IMG/VR virus record: IMGVR_UViG_3300021400_000331
Span: 3,050-67,049 of that record
Length of the DNA: 64,000 bases
Strand: one strand, 5' to 3'
DNA from: a virus
Taxonomy: Duplodnaviria > Caudoviricetes
The position numbers were made by a program, and so were the translations under genes. Shown here piece by piece: positions 1-9,517 of this stretch. Under the pieces are notes generated by a model. The model did no database searches. It was not told the origin of the DNA and was given only the letters and a program-made list of their open reading frames with translations. Each line of letters opens with the position of its first letter. Within the stretch, counting starts at the first letter, position 1.

Positions 1-66
1 ACATTTTGCTTCTATGTTGGATTGCCATTTTCTAATTTCTGCGCGGATCAGTTCTTTCGTTGTCAT
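1..66 (-). CDS. Hypothetical protein, 5' part only (MTTKELIRAEIRKW...), runs off the window edge
   Basis: ATG at 66 after an AT-rich leader; open to the edge; LIRAEI resembles the LIAEIERL start of 866..1255. Confidence 0.5.
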   Translation of the reverse strand, partial: MTTKELIRAEIRKWQSNIEAKC

Positions 67-83
67 ATCATTCAAATTAAAAA

Positions 84-195
84 GGGAGGGCGGGATTCGT
101 CAATCTCGTCACTTTGGTAAACCTACCCCGCGTCCGTGCAATCCGTCGATTGCATAACCTCGGGAAATTCGCAATCTACCTTACGCTGCCCTCCC
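84..195 (-). ncRNA. Structured intergenic element A (long-loop stem + U-tract)
   Basis: GGGAGGGC 84-91 pairs with GCCCTCCC 188-195; internal hairpin TGCAATC-cgtc-GATTGCA 137-154; A-run 79-83 is a U-tract on minus. Confidence 0.4.
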
Positions 196-201
196 AAGTT
201 G

Positions 202-468
202 TCATGCTTCAATCTTTTTAATCAATTCTTGTAATTCCGCCCGTAACGCAGGCTTCGGTTGTGCATCGCCCAGGATCTCGTCAATGCGGGATTGGATGAG
301 AGCGATGAAGTATTGTTGGGCTCCGATGTAACCCCATTTTGCTGCTTCTTGGAGAATACCAACCAACTTTTCCGGAGGAATAACGAAGTTGTTGTCGTAG
401 TCTCGCGGACCAGTAATTATCATATCATCTTTAAATATTTTTTTGGCTGCTTCTTCTGCTTTCGTCAT
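202..468 (-). CDS. Hypothetical protein
   Basis: 88 aa ORF in a tightly packed minus-strand gene run. Confidence 0.7.
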   Translation of the reverse strand: MTKAEEAAKKIFKDDMIITGPRDYDNNFVIPPEKLVGILQEAAKWGYIGAQQYFIALIQSRIDEILGDAQPKPALRAELQELIKKIEA

Positions 469-470
469 GG

Positions 471-737
471 CTATTTCTCCTTTAATTGCTTGATTAGTTC
501 GTCGGCCATTTCAATAGCGTAGGCTATTGTCTTAGGATTAAGCCCAGAACCGGATGAAACGAGCGCGACGGTAAAGTCCTTTGCCGCCTCTCTACGGAAC
601 TTCTCATAATCTGCAAACTCAAAGTCGAGTTCAGGATCAGTGTAGTGCCGTATATGATCTCCAAAGTCTGCGACCCATCCACCCCCTGTCGGAACTACGT
701 TCACAATTTCTCCAGTCTTGATTACTTTTGCTTTCAT
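471..737 (-). CDS. Hypothetical protein (MKAKVIKTGEIV...AIEMADELIKQLKEK)
   Basis: ORF with a purine-rich leader before ATG 737; resembles small Bacteroidota phage proteins. Confidence 0.7.
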   Translation of the reverse strand: MKAKVIKTGEIVNVVPTGGGWVADFGDHIRHYTDPELDFEFADYEKFRREAAKDFTVALVSSGSGLNPKTIAYAIEMADELIKQLKEK

Positions 738-753
738 GGCTATTCCTCCTTTT

Positions 754-864
754 TTAGTTCTTCTTTTCGTGATGTTTTTCAACAAAATAACCAATGAGGA
801 AAGCGAGTAAGGCGACCAAAGCGATGATAAAACAGATGATATCCATTTTAGTAATCCAATCCAT
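754..864 (-). CDS. Small single-TM membrane protein
   Basis: MDWITKMDIICFIIALVALLAFLIGYFVEKHHEKKN; hydrophobic stretch then basic tail. Confidence 0.55.
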   Translation of the reverse strand: MDWITKMDIICFIIALVALLAFLIGYFVEKHHEKKN

Positions 865-865
865 A

Positions 866-1255
866 TTAACTCCTGCTTTTCGCTTTATTGAATCTTCGCA
901 AGACTTCTTCGTATTGCTCGTTCGTAAGACGGGTGAAAGTGAACATCTCTTGCTTGTTGTTCTTGACCGCATAGAGGAACGTGTGTAACTTCTCGATGTC
1001 GGCGATGGTCAATGCATCTTCTCTTTCCAACCTTCTGCCTTCTTGGACGTCTTTTTGGAAAGCCACGGTGTCGAAGACCTCCGGCTGCTCCTGCTGGAGA
1101 GAGTCGATGAAGAAAAGGAGTTGTTTACAACAATCTTCTTCTCCATCATAGAAATTTCGCATATTTGAATTAATAGCATTATTTGACATGCTATTATTAA
1201 ATTTTTGTAGCCTTTCTATCTCGGCAATCAGTTTTTCTGCGTCAATGTATTTCAT
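866..1255 (-). CDS. Hypothetical modular protein (MKYIDAEKLIAEIERL...)
   Basis: 129 aa ORF, closely spaced with neighbours. Confidence 0.7.
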   Translation of the reverse strand: MKYIDAEKLIAEIERLQKFNNSMSNNAINSNMRNFYDGEEDCCKQLLFFIDSLQQEQPEVFDTVAFQKDVQEGRRLEREDALTIADIEKLHTFLYAVKNNKQEMFTFTRLTNEQYEEVLRRFNKAKSRS

Positions 1256-1258
1256 AAT

Positions 1259-1513
1259 CTAAATATCTTCGTCTAAGTCAACGATTAAAGATGTTTGAGT
1301 TGTAAGACCTACTATCTCTATTAGGTCATCCATATTCTGATGAACATAAATTTCAGCACCAAAGAAATAAGAAGTCCTACCACCAACACCCATTGTATCG
1401 AAATTCTTTCTCCACTCCTCTTCGACCATCTTCCAAGCTTCTTCCTTTGTTTCAGCTGATACAAGATAGTGAGGTGTATCTGCTCCCCAAGTTTGTATAT
1501 GCCATACTTTCAT
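1259..1513 (-). CDS. Hypothetical protein
   Basis: Likely start MKVWHIQ at 1513, just past the end of the upstream gene. Confidence 0.6.
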   Translation of the reverse strand: MKVWHIQTWGADTPHYLVSAETKEEAWKMVEEEWRKNFDTMGVGGRTSYFFGAEIYVHQNMDDLIEIVGLTTQTSLIVDLDEDI

Positions 1514-1520
1514 ATCTAAA

Positions 1521-1859
1521 TCAATAAAGTGGTGTATATGGGTCTGCTCCAAGAAGACTTTCAATTTCATCTTCCAAATCATAGTCATAAGAACACTTTC
1601 TTGCTGAATGTGCACATCCTCCCAACACATCCATCGTGGATAGTTTCTTTGATGTTTTTGGCTTTTCTTCTGAAACTACTTTGAAGTAACTGCCAGTGCA
1701 ATGGTTTATGGCCAAACGCTTTCTTTCTTTGTCGTTTTTGGCATCATTGAATATACTAACGATGTCTTCAAAGTCAGAGATTAAAGTTTCTCCAAATATT
1801 TTTATTATTACTTCTTTGCTACTAACAATTACTTCCATATCATTTACTGTTTTTGCCAA
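1521..1859 (-). CDS. Hypothetical protein
   Basis: 112 aa ORF (TTG start; alternative ATG at 1838). Confidence 0.6.
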   Translation of the reverse strand: MAKTVNDMEVIVSSKEVIIKIFGETLISDFEDIVSIFNDAKNDKERKRLAINHCTGSYFKVVSEEKPKTSKKLSTMDVLGGCAHSARKCSYDYDLEDEIESLLGADPYTPLY

Positions 1860-1875
1860 TTAAAGTTTATTAAAA

Positions 1876-1950
1876 GGTGCGGCTCCGTATGCGTTGCAAC
1901 TGACTTAATCCTTATGCCATAAGTTCATCTACGGATTTTCATACCGCACC
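1876..1950 (-). ncRNA. Structured intergenic element B
   Basis: GGTGCGG 1876-82 / CCGCACC 1944-50; inner TCCGTA 1884-89 / TACGGA 1930-35; followed by U4 on minus. Confidence 0.4.
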
Positions 1951-1957
1951 CTATAGG

Positions 1958-3427
1958 TTACATCAGTTTCTTGAGATTGTCATACATGATAGAGAGCCTG
2001 ACAGAATCTGCTACATCTGACTTGGCAAGTTTATTCACCGCTCTTTGTAGTGCTCTCATCTGCTCATCGCTGGGTTTCCAATAAGATTTCGGCTTTAAGC
2101 ATCTCAATCTCGCTAGCATACCGCCATAGTGTTCTCTCCCCGCTAAGTAATCACTTATAATTGGTTCGATTTCTTCTTCGGTCCAATAGTGTATTTTGCT
2201 TTGTGGACGGATGGATTTGAGAAAATTAATTTTAATTTGAATTACCGCTGCGTGGTCTTTGTCAACGGAAAGGCGTCTCTCATATTCTCTAATAATTGAT
2301 TCTAACCATTGTTCATCATCCTCGCTCCACTCTTGCTTGGGCTGGGGATGGAGGGATTTGAACCGATTGTTAAACCATTTTTTACAACTCTTTGCAGTCG
2401 GGTCTGATGATTCGTGATATTCCAAGAACTGATTGACAAAATATGCCATCTTCTCATCCTCATCGCTCCATTCTTGCTTAACTGGATGGACACAATACTT
2501 AAACTTTATTTCTTTGAGCCATTTTTCAGCGGTAACGGCATTTTGGAGTTCTCCCTCATCCTTTGCTGCTCTCTCGGTCTTTGTTACACAAGCGAATGCC
2601 TCATCCCAACCGATATTATCCTCCTCGCTCCACTCTGCTGGCTTTACTGACTCTACACCCTCGTCAAATCCATTTTTGAAACCATCGTCGTAGTATTTAG
2701 CCTTGATTGCATCTAATCCTTCAAGCGGAGGGAATTGCTCGTCTGCAGGTTTCTGCTCTTGTGTAAGGTTATCTTTATCTGCGGGCCAGTTCTTCGGCTC
2801 ATAGAGTTTCTGCTCTTTCTGCAACTCCTCTCTCGCCATATCAAGAATATGTTTGCCATGCTTCTTCACGAATTTGCTTGGCCATTTTTCTTCATCGTCT
2901 TCCCAATAACCAATGAAATTGGTAAGGGCTTGTTCAAATGCAGATAATTCCGGCATATTCATAATGTCATCAACTCTTTTATTTACTTCTTCAACAGTCT
3001 TCGGGTCACAGTTCTCTACACATTTATCAAAAAGAGCATTATGCTTGGTGTAGTTTGGCTCTTTCTGTTCCATTTCCTTCATCGCCTTGTTGTAGCCGGC
3101 AGTACATCCTTCGGTATATCCTTGCTTGTGGCCTTTTTCATATTCTTGACAAGTAAGACAAGGTTTTTTATTCCAGCCCTGCTCTTTCTGCTTTTCGAGG
3201 TAGGCAAGCATATCGTCATACCTGTCTTTGTAATATTGAGAGCAGAGACTTGGATTGCCTTTAAGCCAATATATCAAGTTGATTATATCTTTCCTTATCC
3301 TCTCGTCCTCGCTCTCGGCAAGCTGTGGAAAGACAATCTCCATTTGTTTCTTCGTAAGGGCATTCCCGGCTTCGTGCAAGCCTTTCGCCGCTTCGAATGA
3401 TTCTTTATATGCTTTTTCGTAATCCAT
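1958..3427 (-). CDS. Mosaic hypothetical protein with repeated (K/P)xEWSE(E/D)D modules
   Basis: 489 aa; KPAEWSEED, KQEWSDEDE, KQEWSEDDE, HYWTEEE, YWKPSDEQM modules; one CxxC. Confidence 0.8.
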   Translation of the reverse strand: MDYEKAYKESFEAAKGLHEAGNALTKKQMEIVFPQLAESEDERIRKDIINLIYWLKGNPSLCSQYYKDRYDDMLAYLEKQKEQGWNKKPCLTCQEYEKGHKQGYTEGCTAGYNKAMKEMEQKEPNYTKHNALFDKCVENCDPKTVEEVNKRVDDIMNMPELSAFEQALTNFIGYWEDDEEKWPSKFVKKHGKHILDMAREELQKEQKLYEPKNWPADKDNLTQEQKPADEQFPPLEGLDAIKAKYYDDGFKNGFDEGVESVKPAEWSEEDNIGWDEAFACVTKTERAAKDEGELQNAVTAEKWLKEIKFKYCVHPVKQEWSDEDEKMAYFVNQFLEYHESSDPTAKSCKKWFNNRFKSLHPQPKQEWSEDDEQWLESIIREYERRLSVDKDHAAVIQIKINFLKSIRPQSKIHYWTEEEIEPIISDYLAGREHYGGMLARLRCLKPKSYWKPSDEQMRALQRAVNKLAKSDVADSVRLSIMYDNLKKLM

Positions 3428-3437
3428 GCTTTTGTGT

Positions 3438-3854
3438 TTATTTCTTCATGTAAAATCTCGCGATATCATCCTCGTCAATAACGCCCTTGCCCTCCATCGA
3501 ACGAAGTGTCCGCATAAGGGCATTGGCGTTCTCTGCACTTTCATCGCACTTCTCGAAGTAAAGCAGGAGCAGGCGACAAATCTCGTTAGCTCCAGAGTCC
3601 CAGACATCAAGGTCCCGGTAGTTGGATGCTTTCGCAGAATTCTCGATATCCGGACGGAGTTTCTCGATGTTGTTATATACCTGTTTGATCCCGTTCTGTA
3701 TTGAGCGGAAGTATATTTTCTTCTCTCGTTGGAAAGAGTCTTGGAGAGGTATCATTCTTCTATCCAGATCCATCAATAATCTGTCGATGACTATCGATAG
3801 AGAATAGAGTATATCGGCTTCCTGCTGAATCATTCTGTCATTATGCGTGCTCAT
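3438..3854 (-). CDS. Hypothetical protein
   Basis: 138 aa ORF overlapping the upstream gene end. Confidence 0.75.
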   Translation of the reverse strand: MSTHNDRMIQQEADILYSLSIVIDRLLMDLDRRMIPLQDSFQREKKIYFRSIQNGIKQVYNNIEKLRPDIENSAKASNYRDLDVWDSGANEICRLLLLYFEKCDESAENANALMRTLRSMEGKGVIDEDDIARFYMKK

Positions 3855-4278
3855 TGGTGAAAGAGAATTGTTTCTTTGTGTAATCTATCTTTGCGTTGAT
3901 TTTGTATAACGTATCGCTTCCGATGATTGCCTTGAACTTAAATTCGTCGCCATAGTTCTTGGCAAAGTGTTCTGCGAGCGATTTTAAATCGGCTGTGATC
4001 CCAACAACACCAATACTCTTGTTTTCTCCAAGATCGAGATTGGCGATAACTGGAGAGCAATTGACGGCATACTCGGTCGCCACGCTAATGATGCTATATC
4101 CAGCTTCTTCTGCATTGTAGGACAGATTATGTTCTTCCGCGAACTCTTTGTCGAACATCGTCTGTTCCGATCCGGAATCAACGATGGCAAGGAATTCTCC
4201 GCCATCTTTCAGGCGGAGAGATACAATAGGGATTTCTGATTTACAGTCTATGAAGTTTATCGTTGTTTTATTCTGCAT
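3841..4278 (-). CDS. Retropepsin-like aspartic protease
   Basis: Catalytic motif FLAIVDSGSE and C-terminal IIGSDTL (psi-loop G-x-D) in a 145 aa single-lobe protein. Confidence 0.8.
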   Translation of the reverse strand: MQNKTTINFIDCKSEIPIVSLRLKDGGEFLAIVDSGSEQTMFDKEFAEEHNLSYNAEEAGYSIISVATEYAVNCSPVIANLDLGENKSIGVVGITADLKSLAEHFAKNYGDEFKFKAIIGSDTLYKINAKIDYTKKQFSFTNEHA

Positions 4279-5305
4279 AAGTTGTAGGAATGAGTTTTAC
4301 GATATTGCCGTAGAACAGTTCGAAGATTTCGAGCGGGATGCCTGCCCCATCGAGTTTCTTTATGAGTGTCGATGCTGTCGTAAACTGGGCATTACCGATT
4401 TGTACGAAATTCTCAACAAGCTGTTTCGCCATATCAAAGTCTTTCTTCGACTTGAATTCTGTCGTTGTCTGGAAATTACAAATCTCTTTTACGACCTTGG
4501 ATTGTCGGCTTGTCGACGATTTGATATCAAAAGCAGTAGATCTTCTATCTTTCCAAAGTAGGAAACGGAACAATATCGTCATTGTAACCGGATAATCTCT
4601 CCAGTTGTGCTGATTGAGCGCATTGAGCTGAATAACATAGTTCTCTCGATCTTTTTGGCTCGGGTATCTAATCTTTCCAGTGTTGTAAACAAGTTGAAGC
4701 ATGTCCATCGTGAGCTCATTCGCATTCTCGAACTTTAATTTCTTATAGCTTATCGCTGGGGTCTTGAGCTCTCCCTTGAGAAGCATCGTGTATGCAACTG
4801 GAATCGGAGAAAGAATGAGCCGTCTTTGTTTGTCCTTCTTATACGGATAGAAAAATTTAATGTCCTGGTCCGAAGGATTTCCGATATTAAATGTCATCGA
4901 ATGCAATCTCGTCCCGTAGTCTTTGTTGTAAGACCGCGTCGTTACACCAACGACCAATTTTTCGTGCGGAAAGATTGCATATGCATAAAGCCAGAGGTTC
5001 GCCCATCTTCGATTCCAGGGCCAAGGAGAGAAGACATTGCAGCACCCGGAATCGACATTGCGCTTAATCGTGTAGTTGTTCCTGATATCATCCATCGCAT
5101 AGACACACTGCGGAACGACATGGATTTCCGATCTGGCTTGAGGGATATAATTCTGGTCAAGAAGAGAGTCGATGTCTTCGTCAAAATGTTTCATTACCTC
5201 CATTCCGAAAGCGGCGGTATATTTCTCTGGATCGTTTATTGGCGAATCAAGTATCAAATCATAGTCGTAATACTTGACACCATCTTCTTCCAAATATATT
5301 TTCAT
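4268..5305 (-). CDS. Hypothetical protein, paralogue of 6573..7643
   Basis: Shares NWRDYPVT / NWREYPAT motif and flanking similarity with 6573..7643. Confidence 0.8.
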   Translation of the reverse strand: MKIYLEEDGVKYYDYDLILDSPINDPEKYTAAFGMEVMKHFDEDIDSLLDQNYIPQARSEIHVVPQCVYAMDDIRNNYTIKRNVDSGCCNVFSPWPWNRRWANLWLYAYAIFPHEKLVVGVTTRSYNKDYGTRLHSMTFNIGNPSDQDIKFFYPYKKDKQRRLILSPIPVAYTMLLKGELKTPAISYKKLKFENANELTMDMLQLVYNTGKIRYPSQKDRENYVIQLNALNQHNWRDYPVTMTILFRFLLWKDRRSTAFDIKSSTSRQSKVVKEICNFQTTTEFKSKKDFDMAKQLVENFVQIGNAQFTTASTLIKKLDGAGIPLEIFELFYGNIVKLIPTTYAE

Positions 5306-6333
5306 TTTCTTCTATTCAAAATATCAAGTAAGTCATTCGGGCCGTCGGTCTTGATGTAAGACGGAACGACAGCTTCGGTCTCTTCGTAGTCGATAATCTC
5401 GTCAAGGAGCGTCTTCCAGTTCTTATATGTGTACTGACCGAAAGACAGTCCATTGATCTGGGATTCGCTCATCGGATCATACTCATACGTCACCGGAATC
5501 TTGTCTACGCGGCTTATGTCGGTAAACAGATACGGAAGAATCGTGTAATCCGCATAATCCGGATCGCCATCGAGGACAATCCGAAGTCCTTCCGTGTAGC
5601 TCTGAGCCTGGATATCGTACCTAAACCGGATGAAGTTCTCCGCGAAATCATATCCTGGAACAGAACTCGTTTTCAAATCTACTGGCTGTACGGTCTTGTC
5701 GTCATGATTAACAACGAGGAGATCCGGCATGAACTTAAATTCAACCAGCCTTCCAGACGGAAGCCATACTTTGACGAGGAATTGCGTCTGGTATAGATAC
5801 TCGATTCTGTTATTGCTTGTAGTACCAAACAGGTTGGAAAGATATGGATCCGTCCTGAACCTTGTTGCCATTTCCATCGCATCTTTCCAGTCAGCGGTAG
5901 ACACGACAGTCTTCCCGGAACGACGCATTTCGTAATACGGCTTGGCCTTGGACAATTCTTTGATTCTGGAGTCGAGACTACGGTTGGTGTAGTACGAACA
6001 CTCCATCGTCGCATTGTCGATCATCTCCAGCGGAATCTCATCGAACGGGACGGTAGTGTCTACAAGAAGCCGGTCCATTACCTTCTTCGGCCCTTCCGTC
6101 GGCACGTAATCAGATACAGTGTAGTAATCCATCACCTCTCTTCCGCGAGTGAGGATTGTATCGAATAGGCTTCCAAACTCCATCGACGGAGTCGGCGTCA
6201 TAGGCTCATGCAGTTTGGCGATTGCTGCGAATCCTTTGTCGGCATAACGCGCAATGAGCGAATGAGACCAAGCCGGATATTCATGATACGCTTTCTCGGT
6301 TAGATTGAGAGAGTATTCTTTTAATGATTTCAT
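5302..6333 (-). CDS. PD-(D/E)XK exonuclease (RecE/ExoVIII-like)
   Basis: SMEFGSLFD, MPDLL...VDLKT and YDIQAQSY motifs. Confidence 0.8.
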   Translation of the reverse strand: MKSLKEYSLNLTEKAYHEYPAWSHSLIARYADKGFAAIAKLHEPMTPTPSMEFGSLFDTILTRGREVMDYYTVSDYVPTEGPKKVMDRLLVDTTVPFDEIPLEMIDNATMECSYYTNRSLDSRIKELSKAKPYYEMRRSGKTVVSTADWKDAMEMATRFRTDPYLSNLFGTTSNNRIEYLYQTQFLVKVWLPSGRLVEFKFMPDLLVVNHDDKTVQPVDLKTSSVPGYDFAENFIRFRYDIQAQSYTEGLRIVLDGDPDYADYTILPYLFTDISRVDKIPVTYEYDPMSESQINGLSFGQYTYKNWKTLLDEIIDYEETEAVVPSYIKTDGPNDLLDILNRRK

Positions 6334-6352
6334 GTGTTGTGTTATTAAAGAA

Positions 6353-6473
6353 AAAGGAGGGCAGCGGATAAAAGCAAATTATAGCAAGAGATTGTTGTGA
6401 CGTGAGAGATTGAAGTTTAACCCTGGGCTGAATAACCCAATCCGCCTTCCGATTCACACCGGGGCCCTCCTTT
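6353..6473 (-). ncRNA. Structured leader element C
   Basis: AAAGGAGGGC 6353-62 / GCCCTCCTTT 6464-73 (10 bp); inner GCGGAT 6364-69 / ATCCGC 6440-45; U-tract before the nuclease gene. Confidence 0.45.
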
Positions 6474-6538
6474 CGGTTTATTCTTTATATGGAACGCAAA
6501 CAAAATCATCACATTCGCCGTAAGTGATTTACTAACAG

Positions 6539-6570
6539 CAAATGTAACAAAAATGTTAGAAGAAGTCAAT
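6539..6570 (-). promoter_or_regulatory. Bacteroidota sigma-A-type promoter
   Basis: Minus strand ATTG-N20-TACATTTG; consensus is TTTG-N19-21-TAnnTTTG. Confidence 0.55.
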
Positions 6571-6572
6571 AC

Positions 6573-7643
6573 TTACCTGGAAGAATTCTCCATCGTATCG
6601 ACAAAATTCTCGAAGGTCATATCTGCTGTAATCTGAACGGGAGCGACAGCCACCTTTGCGCGAAGGAATTTCTTGTATTCTTTGGGGAGGTTGTTCCACT
6701 TGTCGATATCGACAAACTGGCCTTTCTCTTCGATTCCACATTTGTAAAGAATCCAACTCTGAAGCATTGCCCAGTCTTTCTTGGAAACGACATAGTTCGG
6801 TAGTGTCTTCTCGCGTTTGTAGTCATAATATCCGATCTTAGCTCGAATCTTTTCAAACGAAATCGTACTTGAATACGGGAGGATATTTTCATTCACGAGC
6901 CAGAAACAAAGTGTCGCTGGATATTCGCGCCAGTTACTATTCACGATTGCGGACTCTACGATATTATCCTCACATTTCGACCAGACAATCAGATTCTCCA
7001 GGTTAATTTCAGCGAGAGGCTTGATCGCAAGGTCGCTGTCGAGAACATACTTCCTGCGCGGATATGTAACAAGATAGATATCCTCCCATTCCTGGCATTT
7101 CGGAAGAAAATATACATTAGCCTTTTTGAGATTGTCCTTGTAGTATGTTATCACCACACTTCCGTCTCCATAATATCCGCAAGCGGCATTGATGGAATGG
7201 TAAATCTTGTTTACCATTTCTGGCGACCACGTCTCTTCACCGGATGAATACCGTCTCTCAACGTCAAACAGAAACAGGATATTCGACTGACTCTGTTGAG
7301 CGACGATATTGCAAATGAGTCGCTGCGGGACCGGCGGCTCCTCGACAACAGTATATTGCGCCTGTTCTGGGTCAAGTTTAATCTTGTATCCGGAATTACG
7401 GATTACATCTCTGGAGAGGCTGCATTTGGGAGAAACGAAAAGTCTTTCTGCCGAAAAACAATACTGTCTTGCATCAGATGTGATATACTTTGACGGCTCA
7501 TCATTACTTCCCGTGTCAAAATATGCGGTTTTCCCGCGAGGGAGACCTACTTGTTCGTAGATCGTCGTCTCGCAGGAGTCGTCCGCATTGACCATCACTT
7601 TCCCGAGATAGATTTTCGGATAGTTGAACGTGTATTTAGGCAT
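6573..7643 (-). CDS. Hypothetical protein with possible BRCT-like N-terminal segment; paralogue of 4268..5305
   Basis: LFVSPKCSLSRDVIRNSGYKIKLDPEQAQYTVV resembles a BRCT core; NWREYP motif; likely start MPKYTF at 7643. Confidence 0.75.
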   Translation of the reverse strand: MPKYTFNYPKIYLGKVMVNADDSCETTIYEQVGLPRGKTAYFDTGSNDEPSKYITSDARQYCFSAERLFVSPKCSLSRDVIRNSGYKIKLDPEQAQYTVVEEPPVPQRLICNIVAQQSQSNILFLFDVERRYSSGEETWSPEMVNKIYHSINAACGYYGDGSVVITYYKDNLKKANVYFLPKCQEWEDIYLVTYPRRKYVLDSDLAIKPLAEINLENLIVWSKCEDNIVESAIVNSNWREYPATLCFWLVNENILPYSSTISFEKIRAKIGYYDYKREKTLPNYVVSKKDWAMLQSWILYKCGIEEKGQFVDIDKWNNLPKEYKKFLRAKVAVAPVQITADMTFENFVDTMENSSR

Positions 7644-8922
7644 TACTGGAAATGATATTTGCAATCTTCGGTTCAAACAGAAGTTTCTGGGTCTGCCTCT
7701 TATGGTCAGACGTGATTGTCTTGATCATATGATAATACAGATCCTGGTTGAAGAACTGCTGGTCGGCATCCTTCTTGTCATGATCGATAAACTCGAGAAT
7801 TCTGTCCTTGACGACAGAGATCGGAGTCTTCTCGTCAGAATCGAGCCAAGCAGCGATATAGTTGCAGAAGCGACGCTCCAGCAGGGAAGCGATATCGCCA
7901 CGATAGTCGCCGTTGGAGTCATACAGAAGGGAAGAAAGCTTGCCTTTGACGGTATCCCAACTCTCGTGCAGCATCTCTTTCGGTTGGATGATGAGGTGCA
8001 TCTTGTTTCTCAGGAACGCGGAGAACATCTGGGAGAAACGGCCTTCTTCGTCTTTGAAGCAGCCCTTGGCGATCGTGGTGATGAACGCAAGATTCTCGTT
8101 ATCATCCCAGTTCTTAATTCCAGAAATCATATTCGCGAACATAACAAAGCTTCTCGGGTTACAGATGCGATTGCCTTCCTCATCGGAGTTAAACAATGCT
8201 TCATAATTGTTCGCGATGAAATTGATGCATCGACCGTCTACGTTTGCTCTCTCTGCCCACTGCATCCAAGAATTAACATCGAAGCCGACCTCGTAGTTCA
8301 TGAATCTGGTCTTCTGGGCCTCATCCATCGAATTGACATTATACTCACCGTTATCCGGATTCGAAGTCAGACAGATGGTACTCTTTTTGGGAAGCTTCCA
8401 GGAAACGTATCCCTGCGTGAGAATGAGCTCCATTACCGCCTGAGAGAGCTGAGAATTACATCTTCCGAAATCATCCAGGATGAACAGGTTCCCGTTCTCG
8501 TTGTACTCCGGAACCCACGCCGGTTTCGCATACGTCATTCGGGTTCTCCCGGTCTGACGATACATGGTATTCTGATCATTGGATTCGAGCTGTTTCGCGT
8601 TGATCCATGCGATTTGCGGAAGAATCTTCCACTTCATGGTCCCGTCTTCCGCCTTATATTTCTTTGCAACCTGCACCTCGTATTCCATCGAAGGATAACC
8701 AATCAAGTCACCAGCCTCATCCAGTTCGTGAAGCGACAACTTCGTGCAAGTCATATTTCTGTCCTTTGCGATTTGCTGGAGAACCGAAGTCTTTCCAATA
8801 CCGGCTTCCGCTTCGAGGCAAATTGCGATCGGAGTGATACCTTTGTCTTCCAACGCGAGATTGTTATCAATAGTATAGTTGACGAGTTTCTTGACCTCGC
8901 CCATGCTTACTGTGTTTGTCAT
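7636..8922 (-). CDS. MoxR-like AAA+ ATPase
   Basis: Walker A AEAGIGKT, Walker B LFILDDFGR, TSNP sensor, ICNPRS. Confidence 0.85.
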   Translation of the reverse strand: MTNTVSMGEVKKLVNYTIDNNLALEDKGITPIAICLEAEAGIGKTSVLQQIAKDRNMTCTKLSLHELDEAGDLIGYPSMEYEVQVAKKYKAEDGTMKWKILPQIAWINAKQLESNDQNTMYRQTGRTRMTYAKPAWVPEYNENGNLFILDDFGRCNSQLSQAVMELILTQGYVSWKLPKKSTICLTSNPDNGEYNVNSMDEAQKTRFMNYEVGFDVNSWMQWAERANVDGRCINFIANNYEALFNSDEEGNRICNPRSFVMFANMISGIKNWDDNENLAFITTIAKGCFKDEEGRFSQMFSAFLRNKMHLIIQPKEMLHESWDTVKGKLSSLLYDSNGDYRGDIASLLERRFCNYIAAWLDSDEKTPISVVKDRILEFIDHDKKDADQQFFNQDLYYHMIKTITSDHKRQTQKLLFEPKIANIISSNA

Positions 8923-8934
8923 GTACTGTTTGAA

Positions 8935-9516
8935 TTAATTATCTATCTGAAACTTTTCGAATGAATAGTAGAAATCCTCATGTGATTCTTCGTAATTGGA
9001 AAGGACATTATTGATTGATTGCTCGTCCGGCTCGACATGAAGACCTTCAATTCCGAGATCATTGATCGCCTCGGCTACTTCCTGGAGCGTCCAATAGTAA
9101 TCCCCATCAAGAATGTCTTCAATATAGAGCATGTACTTCGCATGAAAGTTGCTCCCGTCTTTGTCGTTGGTATAATACTCACACATTCCCGGCTCTTCCG
9201 CGAGATAATAGATGCTGATATCCGGAAACTTATCTTCAAGAAATGCTCTCACTTCATTGCATTCCGCCCATGCCGTCATGGTATAGATGTCGAGGCTTTC
9301 ATCATACCGCATATAGTCGGTTATCTCTCCACGGCAATTGACCTTGTGCCAATCGCCACCGAGATAGTTTACGAGACAGCCAAGCCAAAGTTTACCAAAT
9401 CCGTTCTCAACAAAGGGTTTCGGAAGAGATTTGAGATGTTCGATGGCATTATAAATTTCATTTATCTGATTCTTGTCGCCAAGAATCCTGTAATGTGTAT
9501 GGCACCAGTTGGGCAT
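8935..9516 (-). CDS. YubB/DUF1281-like ferredoxin-fold protein
   Basis: MPNWC N-terminus, TAW and YLAEEPG motifs. Confidence 0.65.
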   Translation of the reverse strand: MPNWCHTHYRILGDKNQINEIYNAIEHLKSLPKPFVENGFGKLWLGCLVNYLGGDWHKVNCRGEITDYMRYDESLDIYTMTAWAECNEVRAFLEDKFPDISIYYLAEEPGMCEYYTNDKDGSNFHAKYMLYIEDILDGDYYWTLQEVAEAINDLGIEGLHVEPDEQSINNVLSNYEESHEDFYYSFEKFQIDN

Positions 9517-9517
9517 A

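Noticed and set aside
6371-6385. AAAGCAAATTATAGC resembles the end of Bacteroidota type II-C CRISPR repeats (recalled as AAAGCAAATCACAAC), hinting at a repeat-mimic RNA
   Set aside because: 12/15 identity is expected roughly once by chance in a window this size; no full repeat or anti-repeat
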